A stretch of DNA of 64,000 nucleotides from Amphiscolops sp. MND2022 (taxonomy: Eukaryota), in NCBI GenBank assembly GCA_964187785.1, contig OZ076409.1, positions 27,282,001-27,346,000 on the forward strand. The letters are read 5' to 3'. The translations under genes were made by a program, and so were the position numbers. Below the pieces are notes generated by a model. That model did not search any database. It was not told the DNA's origin and worked only from the letters and a program-made list of their open reading frames with translations. Shown here in pieces: positions 51,301-61,468 of this stretch. Every line of letters begins with the position of its first letter. The first letter of the stretch is position 1.

Positions 51301-54300
51301 CCGTTCGGATTTTTCAGCATCCATTGTTGCAAAACATCAAAAAAATTGGGGAAAAATTTTTCTTTCAAAAAAAGGGTCACAATGCCGAAAAAAACTGAAA
51401 GGGGGACCCTCTGGGATTTTTTAACATCCTTTCTGTCGCCAAGCGTCAAAAAAATTAAAGGGGGGACCCTTCGAGGAAAAAAATTTTTCGGAGAAGTCTC
51501 ACAATCAAACAATTCACATAGAAAACATGAATGCTTTGCAAACATCACTTACTTTGCAAGAAGATGCAATGAGTTTCACGCTGGAGGAGGCGAAGGTGGT
51601 GACACAAAACACTTCGTTGCCATGGCCATAAAGTTTGTTCTGTTCCGACCACAGGGTCTTCTCAGTCAAGTAGGAGTTGGTGAAACATGACGTGTTTCCT
51701 TTCACCTCAGCATTGGAGAAAATATCACGATCGCCACAGCCTTTGCTGCTCAGGTAATCATCGTTGCCTGCCTTGTTGGAAAGTCCTGAAATGCAATCAA
51801 TCTACTTTTTGTGAGATGACAGTCATAAAAAAACTCACTTTGGGTATTCGATTGGAAAAATCAGAAAAGGTCTTTTTATATGGTTATGTATTATTGTTTG
51901 GATTATGGTTATGGTATGTCCTAACGAGGCCAAATACTTTTGAGCCATAAGCTAAATTCCACAAGAAACTGTTCTACGTCGCAGGAGATGCTTTCGATAA
52001 GAAGTTATTCAAACCTAAAGCAGGTACAGCAGCTGAGCTTGATATTTCAATGTCTCCCGGAATTTGGAATGAAGCTACCCCGCAAAATGATTGCACGAGT
52101 TCTGTGAAACTGGTAGTACACGAGAAGACGCGTACAACCTTTTCGTCCCCTGCAGATACCAAAGTCACACTGTCCAATAGCGAAAGAGATGCCATTTCGT
52201 AGCCATGCACTTGGGGACGTCCGATTTCCTGTACAAGAAATATTCATAGCAATAAAAACTTGTAATTCATCTGATCTAAAACGTCAACAATTTTTCAGGA
52301 AAAACCTGATTTTTCAGAATTTTTCCGAAATAAATAAAATCTTGTGTCAGAATGCATCGACTGCCCGAGTTAAGAAAACTTCTTTTCATAGGCCCAAGCA
52401 GTGCTTCTCTGAATTCTGCTGATACACAAGTCATCGATAATCAACAACGATTGTATTTGGATCAATATTCCAGGTAAAGTAAATCGTACTTGCCAAAAAG
52501 CGATTTGATCCACAGTAACTTGCCCAAAAGCCCGGACTACTTTATCTTTTCCAGCGGTCATCAAAACCATTTTACTGTTGCAGTTCTCTTGGTCGTTGAT
52601 TTTGACCCAATCCAGAGAGACTGGGGCGTGAAAATGACCAGATGACATCATGATGGGCTTCCAATTCAGGCTGGAGTACTCTGATGTACTTTCATGAAGA
52701 GGCCCACAGCACCAGCCAAACAGGGATCCAGTGTAGTTATATGCGACTATGAATTCTCCACCCGGGGAGACTTGTGCCCCGAAAAAACCTGTTAATGTTC
52801 AAACCTTGTATAATAAAGGGATTGAAATTACTGCAACATTTGTACTCCGAAAACTTTAGCCGGGAAATAGACCTATTGAAATTGTCCAAAATTTGAACAG
52901 AAAATTTCAGGATACAGAAAAAGATGTGACGTATTTCGATTAAATTTAGACATTACGAATCACATTTCTATACATTTTTCTTCAATTTGATTTGGTAGTG
53001 AACTGATGACATCCCATTATTTCGACTTTGTGAAATGCCAAGAAATGTTACGAAAAATCGAAAAACTACAATTCAGTTAGTTCAAGATCAAAAGGAAACG
53101 CACAGAAGAACAGGTTGAAAGTCTTCTAACCGAGATCATTTCCACCCATATCTCCAACACGCATGACATCTTCCCACACATTGCAGGTTGCTTCAGCATC
53201 TTCTTGAGGTAGTTTGTAGCTCCACAGAATAAGGGAGCGATCCAAGCTGGCCGATAGGAGACCAATCTCATTTTGGATAGAAGAGTTCACAAACTGAACT
53301 GAGTATACCTTGAACACATTTCAATGAACAAATTACGTCAGACACTTCATAAAAATGTCACAAAACCTGTTCTCAGTAAATTCTGCCCGAGACACTCTCC
53401 TGCAGTTCCTTTTAAGAGCCGCCTCGGGAAAATAAAGAAGGATCCACAGAAAGTGACCACTGTGGTCCCTTGTTTTTATGTACCACTGTTTTTATGGTAA
53501 GCTTTATATGTAATCAGACGACAAAGATTTCATGATAATTTTCACTGTTAATGAAAACTCAAATCTGCGTTCAGAATTCGATTCGATCATGCACCTATTC
53601 ATTTTTATCGCCGGAAAAATAAATAGATGGGCGGTCACCAATTTTAGGACCCTGATAGTACGAGGGGACTGCTAATAGAAACTCACTCCAAAGTACATTC
53701 GATTTTTTAACGGAGATCACGAAGAAATGCTACGAAGCAAAACTCGAAAATGATTGACATAAGTGGGATCTAAAACAAAATTTCAAATATTTCAAGAATT
53801 TTACGAAAAATCAACGTAGAAGTGAATAATTTTTCATGTTCATTTTTGTTGTTTTGCTCAAAGTTGAGTGCAACTAACTTTGTCCACGTGCCCACAGAGC
53901 AATGATTCCGTGAATATCTGCCACACAACTTTTCCAGATGAGTTCAAAATGCGGGTTTTCTCCATGGAAAGATTTTCTTTGCCAACACATGAATCAGGGG
54001 AACTCAGCCGATACAGCTGCACAAATGAATCTTGTGAAGAGGTCGCAATGAAAATAGAACCCTTCTCGGTGGGGTGACACTGAATTGAAATACCTCTAAT
54101 CCAATCATCGAAAGGTTCACTTTGAAAAACAGGGAGTAAAGTAACATTTTCTGAACTTTTCGGTGCGTCTTCCCAAAGATATAAATGAAGTTTGCAATCG
54201 TCCAACGCAACAGCGAGTAAAACATTACTTTCATTATCAACCACCAGAGAATCGATTTGAAATGGAACGTTCCGGCCCAAGTCTATTTGGCCCAAAGTTT

Positions 54301-54748
54301 TAAAATGTAGTTTTCCCTCTTGAATTGTAAGATGAGTCAGTTTAATGGAGCTATCCCCACAAGAGAAAATATAAGTCTCATTGTTCAAGGCAACAAAAGT
54401 CAAACAATTAACACACATTGAGTGAAGTTTCAGAGAAAGAGTTGATAATATTTTTCCAACAGCTTCATCGAAATGCCGAATAACAACACTTCCAGATTTA
54501 TCTCCACTAGCAATTAGAAACCCATGGTTGAAACTGAACGAGTTCACACAACTGATAAGACTTCCATGTTCGTTCAGAGAGAGCTGAGCGCCAGCACGGA
54601 ATGTTTTCAAAGACGCTACCGGTTCTATACTGTATATGACGACACTTCTCAAAGATGCTGCACAAAATTTGCGTTTGTTGAGCCATACGAGGCAATTGGG
54701 ACTAGTATTCACAGCAGCAAACATGGTCTCAAATTGAGCTGAAATCAT
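48374..54748 (-). CDS. ELP2: Elongator complex protein 2 (WD40 repeats)
   Basis: Seven in-phase exons: 54748-53879, 53308-53131, 52788-52490, 52228-52015, 51785-51553, 50786-50584, 48932-48374; ELP2-type motifs RVGDMGGN.LGFFG, EIGRPQVHGYEM, VPALGLSNKA, TLWSEQNKLYGHGNEVF, HSLTVTDLQFSHDG..LLAVSRDR, HKRIIWKC. Confidence 0.95.
49032..49506 (+). mobile_element. Complete HINE family B with tRNA-like cassette (~49128-49210, plus strand)
   Basis: tttagtcggc ... gccgacttgggccgttcccggcttgtt; A box TGGCCGAGAGG, B box GGTTCGAGTC, T-run terminator. Confidence 0.78.
50138..50429 (-). mobile_element. Short HINE (A-type hairpin, different subTIR) with tRNA-like cassette (50259-50330, plus strand)
   Basis: AACACAGAGGCGAAGCGGTGCTTCGC + subTIR CACATGACGAAG ... 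CTTCGTCATGTG; A box TGGCACAGTGG, B box GGTTCGAATCT. Confidence 0.78.
51163..51503 (-). mobile_element. Truncated HINE family B in an ELP2 intron
   Basis: aacaagccgggaacgacataagtcggcgccatatctaaggctcaaaaa start plus ggggaccc body. Confidence 0.75.
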
Positions 54749-55031
54749 CTTCCGATATCTGAAAATGGAAAATAATGACCAACATCAAACTCCTTTAAAA
54801 ATCCCAGGGGTTAAATCTAACATTGTTCTACTGGAAACAAGCTAATATTAAAATATCATCATTGGTAAAGAATGTCATATATGTTTTTTGCGGGAATAAA
54901 AAAATTGGGATGTTTTAATGGTATCACAATACTGAGCCATCATTTTGATGACCTTAAATAAGAGCACCTTCCAATTAAAACACTGGGCAGTTACAGTTCT
55001 TCCAGCCTACAGAACTAGAGAATGGATGCGG

Positions 55032-56050
55032 CTACAATGTTCGGGCGTCAGCTTTGTCTGCGGGGACTGTAATCTCCATCCCATCCATCCATTCTTCAAT
55101 GGTGACCTGACATCCCAAACGCGACCTGCAATATTTCACGATGTCAATAACGGAACGTTTGCCAAGAAAAAATAGGCATAGTTTGTTGTGAAGACTAGTT
55201 TAAACTTGTTCTAGCGTATTAAACGTGCAATCCTTTGATGGGCCGCAGCTACTCCAAATTTTTCTGAAAACACCTTTTCTACACCTTCAAAACTTTATGA
55301 TAAAACAGTAGTTCCAACTTCTCAGATTGTTAAAACTGAACGAAAAAATCTTTGACATTAGACCACTTTGAAAACATTCAGAATTCTTCTGCAGTTGAAA
55401 ACGCCATTTGGTCATCTATTGGCGCTAAACTGGCTATAAAAAACCGTAAATTTTTCTAGTGGATCACATATTGTGTAGTATCATTCACTGTTTTCGATAT
55501 AAAAACATCGGTTAATCTATAATAGCACAAGGAATGGGGTGGTTCACTAACGTATCTGACAGTCCAATGGCCATGTCCAACATATCTAATTCATCTTCGG
55601 TTGCGGGCTCAGCCAGCTTATTAAAATCATTTTCCGAAAAAATCAAATGACACGTCACACAAGCCATGGTTCCTTCACAAGCACCTAAGCACAAGCAAAC
55701 AATCAAGTGGAGAAGTCTTGGCAGTGGAGAGCATTCGAAATGAATTTTACGAACCAAAGCCGTCCAAGTCGATATCATTGTCGATTACCACATCGTAGAA
55801 ATTCGAGCCCACTTTGGCTTTGGTAGTGAGAACCTCGCCAGTTCGTTCCTTTTTGAAATTTAACGTTACCAATTTGTTGCTAGAATAAATGCAAATTTTA
55901 GATGAGTTAGAAAAATGATTGTTTCGACAGAATAAAATTTGCATGGATTACAAACCTCGCGTCTGATGAGAAAAAGCGAGACTGTCCAAGTTGAGCGGGC
56001 AGGAAAAACGTAGAAACACTATGCCGGAGCACACTTCTCGTTGAAAAAGC
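55032..56050 (-). CDS. FDX1: Adrenodoxin-type mitochondrial [2Fe-2S] ferredoxin (FDX1-like); start codon unresolved
   Basis: Exons ~56050-55955 (transit-peptide-like [15 protein letters not shown]), 55879-55755, 55684-55552, 55125-55032; [41 protein letters not shown]. Confidence 0.9.
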
Positions 56051-56519
56051 TTCATTCAATGAATATTATGGATTGTTGATTTGCTATTAAGAAATAGTTG
56101 AACGTTATGAGATTTAACATTAGAACTTTGGCGTCGCTAACATTATAATCGCTATTTTCCGAAACTTTTCGTTAAACTATTGAATGTTTGATAAGTTCTG
56201 TACCTCAAAAAGTAGCTTAGCATTAACTGGAGCTCAAAATTTGATCGAATCAACTTCGATGTTTAATAAATTATCGGAATGATCTTCTTAACTTCCTTAG
56301 TCTGCGTTTTTTCCAAGAACTGGCCCGACTGATAAAATCGCCAATTTACTATCAACAATTTTTCATTTTCTCCAAGACAGAACTACCCACTCTTTGTATA
56401 CCCACCTACCAGGGACCGCAATTATTAATTGGTATTTCAATCATTGCAATACAATTGGTTTCAATGATTGCTTGATGCTCTAGCCAATTATCAATTACTG
56501 TTTCACAGGATTATTGTTA

Positions 56520-57718
56520 CATACCCTAGAGAAGTATATTCCTCTGTTGTCGTATAAGTGGAGCAAGAAATAGTGAATGTGTTGTCGAAAATACTGCAAT
56601 AATGGTGGATGGCTGAACAAGTGGCAGTGAACATTTCTTAGGTGTATTCGCTTCCTATCCTTCCTTCCAGTGTGATTTCAATGAGCTTCTTGCCTTCTCG
56701 CCATTATTTTTATAAAACATCACAAGGTGCTCGGGAACAATATGACTTCATTATCTTCACTTTGAACCAAACAAAACAAGAGATCCCTCGAAAATGTTTT
56801 AGCCTGTATTGCCGACAACTGTGAAACCAACAAAGCACTAGTTTGAAGTTCCTATTATTGGCTACTGAACGATTGCCCTACAGGGATCATTGTTCAATAG
56901 TGACATTGCTTCAGCACGTCTGCTTTTTGGCCAACTTCTCAAAATGAAGAATCTTGATTGTCATGGCAAGTATATCACGCAAGATTGCGATATTGTCAAA
57001 AAATTGTCCGATAATCTTGTTCCAAATGATGTTATTTCGGCTAAAAATAAATTAGCATCTGCGGACCATGTGATCTATTTCCCCCCCAGGTACACCTTGT
57101 TAGGAATCCCCCCCCCCAAAAACGAAAACGGCTTTTTCACAAGTATATTAATTATTGAATGAATAAAACAGGTTGATATGCTTACAAATATTAACAAACG
57201 CGTGAATTTAAACTTCGTGGCAAAAGACCCAAAGTTTTTAAATGCTGAATGCAAAGTTCGTAGTTTTGTAAATATGGAAGTATGTCCGTTTAGAAGCACA
57301 TTTCAAAGAATAATGATTGGTTTTAACTGTCAATCAATGTAAAAGATATGATTATGTCGACATCAATTATTTTATTGGACTAAAATTTCAACGCAACGAT
57401 GTCGACATAATGGTATTTGACTTTAAAATGTTATGTCGACATAATTAATTCGTTTAAAACTAGTATTTGAACCTACTGTATTATTCCCCCCCATCGCAGT
57501 TTGGGGGGGAAATAGATCACATGGTCCGCATCTGCTATTGTCAAACGCAGAAAAATGAGAAAGAGGAATATGAATGTGAAGTTCTCAATACCAATCTCGA
57601 ACCACTTGGAACAATTTTTCATCAGTGCCGGTATGAGGAAGAGTGATTTGCCAAGTAATTTGTCGCCGATACGCTTCTAACAATTGTTCCAAAAATATAA
57701 TGTCATTCCGGGATATGC
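56520..57718 (+). pseudogene. Highly decayed hAT-like transposase remnant interrupted by a MITE
   Basis: gatggctga..catttcttaggtgtattcgcttcc (DG*..HFLGVFAS) resembles the DGW..HHVQVYAS segment at ~59650; C-terminal HLEQFFISAG..LSPIRF resembles the hAT dimerisation motif. Confidence 0.5.
57063..57527. mobile_element. Young MITE with 26-bp perfect TIRs and 8-bp TSD (Merlin-like signature)
   Basis: TIR GGACCATGTGATCTATTTCCCCCCCA; TSD gcatctgc at 57055-57062 and 57528-57535. Confidence 0.9.
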
Positions 57719-59289
57719 AAACTGTAAACGATGTGGAATATCCACACGAGTGATTCTATTGTGCTGATGACTCAATGATTTAATTGTCAAGGTGTTTATT
57801 CTTTTTATTTATTCAATATACTTATTTTAGGTTCCTCCAATTATCAATTCATCGTTTTGCAAAATTTTTAGAGCCAATTAACTTAATAACTTCCGGTCCT
57901 TGTATTCTACCCACTTAAGTATATAGGTGCTTCAAAATGAACCTCCTTTAGAGTGGAACTGGAAATTATTAATTGTATGCACACTCAACTTCGCTTAGAC
58001 GATGCCTCGCAGCCGCATAGTAAAAGTGGGAACGTGGTCTAGAGATTTAATATACATCTTGTAATTTTTGGAGGATACTCCTGAAAATAGAGTGTTCTCG
58101 AGAGCTCGATGCCACTTGAGTCCAAATCAAAGAATGCATACTCAATTAAATCCAATAATCGGCGGCCATTTATTGATTGCAGTTTACAAATCTAATTAAC
58201 TGATGGCATATGCCAATATTTGCAATTACTGAATACCACTTGAAATCCCAACTTTTCTTGTGAAATCTCGATTTCATTTGTGATAGACATTTTCAACCAT
58301 AACAAAGTTCAGCAAGCCAGTAATGACAACAACGCACCACCTAGTCAGCCGCTAATGAGTGACATTAACTTGATTGTGCGCAACAAGGCTATCACCATTT
58401 TTGGGTGCCTAGAATGGATAACGTCATAAAAGGAACCGTTCAATTTCGTGAGACAACACGAAAGTATACGAACCTGCCTCATATTGATGTAAATACGGTA
58501 AAGAGGTATATGAACCTGGTATCCGAAGAATTGAGAATAATTGCCAATCTGCCCTAGATTAGCCTTACGTTCGACAGATGGAGTGGAAAGTCGACTCATT
58601 ATATCAGAGAATAATAGCGCCTCAAATAGAGATGTAGGAGAAAAAGTTCCAAATTGCGGTAGGTATAATCTCTGACAACTGCGAAGTTAACCAGAATTTC
58701 ACTGAAATTTGCAAGAAACCTTGTCAAGTCGCAACTCGCATCGATCCAATTTGGCAGTTGTGGAATATTTACAACCTCATCAGCATTTGATCAAAATAAA
58801 TATGGGTAAGATGATGAACTTGAAACTGTCAAGAACTTGCGGAGAGATCCTCTTGTAAACAGTTAAATAATGGCGTGACTGAAGAATTGGCAGAACTTGG
58901 CGAAAAAGAGGGCCTGCATTTTGCTAGTCATATTCTGTAGACGCGTTTGAAATTGTAAGAACCTTCGATGTATTGGAATTGCGCGTTTCTACTCCCGATG
59001 ACTGTTTTCGAGATTTTTTCTACAAGGATTAAAAATATTTGATTGTCATTTAATTTAATTGCAATTAATTGGCAAAATTGATTAACTGGGCCAGAAAAAA
59101 AAGCCAGTGAATAATTGATTGAAGTATCAGTTGATTGAAAAAATCGATTCTACGAAACTCTAAAATCTGACACATCTGAGTGAAATGCTTCATTTTATTT
59201 TCCAGTGTCACACAGAGCAGCTGCTGGTTCGATCTTTCACATCACAGTTTCAGGTTGCGATGTGAAATCAAAGCCAATTAAGTCCTTGC

Positions 59290-60720
59290 ATGCTATACTT
59301 CCACCAGCTTGCGCCTGTAGATGGGCAATGTCAATGCAAAAAGGAGATGAAGCAAAGAAGGAAGTGGTTGGACTTACTGAATCATATGAAAACTAAACAA
59401 CCCGACTGTGACAAAGATGATGGTAGGCAGCAGAGGATTGCAAACTACCTCAGCCTTGCCAAGGAAGCAAACTGCGTGTTCGGTTGGTTACAGTGGATCA
59501 CTCAAACCGTTCGCTTTTATAGAGTGTCCTTTCACGGCCAAGTATTCCAACCTGAACCCGATGTCAATTCAGACCCTGAAGAAGTACATGCATTAGTAAC
59601 CAAGAAAGAAGAAATAGCACGTAGTCTACCAGAAAAATCTATTTGGCTTGATGGATGGACGCGCAATTCCACCCATCATGTTCAAGTGTATGCATCATTA
59701 TCGTCGACCGATGCCAATAGCTTTCAAACCTGTTGACATTCAGCACTCTACGCTTTGAACTTTTTTGGCAACAGTGGATTTCACACTTTCAATCTATCGA
59801 AAGGATATCACGAACGTCAATGCTATTTGTGGTGATAATTGAGGAACTTACTAATCCCTCGCCTGAAGGGTTTTGCATCAACTATTCTATTTGACTTGTA
59901 CCGAATTGCTGGAGGAATATGGAGAAATCAGCCAAAAAATCGAAGATCTCATGGGCAATGTTGGGATGCCAAAGTTTTCGCGAAATTGAGACCATCTACC
60001 GATGAGACCAAATCAAGCCAATACAACGTTAGTTTATCATCATCATCATCATTGTCCACCTTGTCCCAGACAACTGAGGTCGGCAGGGCGCCCCTGAATT
60101 AGCCAGCAACAGCAAGTCTAGCACGCATCAAGTGATAGACGACTTCTGCAGCTGAACGAATTTATGGTGTACATTGGAAATCCAACGTTGTATCATTCCA
60201 ACTCCGAAAGCAAACGCGACATTGCCCGAAATTCAACAAAAAATGGTGACACTGAATTCGGTTACCATTGTATTGCAAAAAGAGGGTACTGATGCTTCAT
60301 GTGTCAGGCTTATTTTCAATGAAATCAAACGGAAATTTCCTATCTTGATGGTTCTGACAAGTATTTGACCCCGACTGCGAGAATAATTAGCAGCTCTAAG
60401 TTCGAATCTGGGATAGTGAAAATTCAGGATGGCAAGGAAAAAGAAAGACAACTGACGAACAACTGACCAGCAAAAACTTCAGAAAGCACATCGTGGTGGA
60501 AGAAGAGGCCCCAAATACTAGTGATTTCGCTAGTATGATTCTGAACAGGAAAAACGCACCATCGGCGAAATATCCCCGATGTGCGCTTTATTTTGCCACC
60601 TTCAAACAAAGCACTTTTTCAGTAGTGCTGGTATTGCTCGTGTGATTTTCGACAACGAGTGAACCCGACGAACCTCGAGTAACAATTACAAGTAAAAACA
60701 AATAGACAATTTTGAGACAC
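59290..60720 (+). pseudogene. Decayed hAT-like transposase; second copy from 62996 to the window end
   Basis: BED-like CQCKK..LLNHMK, VFGWLQWI, PFAFIECP..LNPMSIQTLKKYM, LPEK..LDGWT, and a dimerisation remnant (ILPPSN..LFSSAG..RVNPTNLE) across frameshifts. Confidence 0.75.
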
Positions 60721-60734
60721 TAGAATAGATGTTT

Positions 60735-61468
60735 CACAATCTAAGGCCGAAGCCTTTGGTGATTGGCTCATTGCTGTTTGGGTTCCCCTTTCATCGTCAT
60801 TTCGTATTTCAAATTTCTCCAGGTGTTGTCCAATTTCGCTTCAAAAACGTCAAGGGTTCCTGCCGACGTGACATCATCTGGCAGGCTATTCCAGTCATTG
60901 GCTGCTCTTACAGTGAAAAAATTTCCTCTTGTTGATGTTCTCGATGGCTGCACCACAAGTTTTCTTTGATTTCCTCTTGTGATTCTGTCATTTTCCATCA
61001 GCATCCCTCCAGTGACTCTCTTATCATACACTCAATTGAGTATCTTGTAAACTTCAATCATCCTACCCCGTTTCCTCCTGAAGTCCAGGGTGGGTAGGTC
61101 TAGTTTCATTAATCTTTGTTCATAAGGGAGAGATGCGAGAGAAGGGATGAGTCTTGTCGCTCGTCTCTGGGCATTTTCGAGGTTACTTCTGTGTTTTTGG
61201 AAATGTGGATGCCATGCTTGGTTACAATATTCCAAGTGGGGTCTGACAAGCGTCTTAATTAGTACACTCAGTGACTGGCAGTTCAATTTCATGAAACATT
61301 TTTTGATAATAGCAAGCATTGAATTCGCCTTCTTTATTTTTTCGGCAACATGCAAGTCAAAATTTAGTTTGTTATCAGTTAGTACACCCAAGTCTTTTTC
61401 ACATCTAACATTTTCCAACATCTTTGTTGTGTTCATAAAGTAATGTCTCTCAGTGGAGTCTTTCTTTA
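60735..61468 (-). mobile_element. 5'-truncated CR1/L2-clade LINE fragment (RT C-terminus and 3' end)
   Basis: EKDLGVLTDNKLNF..KKANSML..LVRPHLEYC..LENAQRRATRLIP..RRKRG..EVYKILN, frameshift, then RGNFFTVRAANDWNSLP; 3' stem-loop AGGC-TTCG-GCCT at ~60744-60755. Confidence 0.92.

Noticed and set aside
52345..52440. C/D-box snoRNA in an ELP2 intron
   Set aside because: Imperfect C box and no recognisable rRNA guide.
58345..58599. Conserved gene implied by an identical ORF at 62105-62359
   Set aside because: The identity is explained by the recent tandem duplication.
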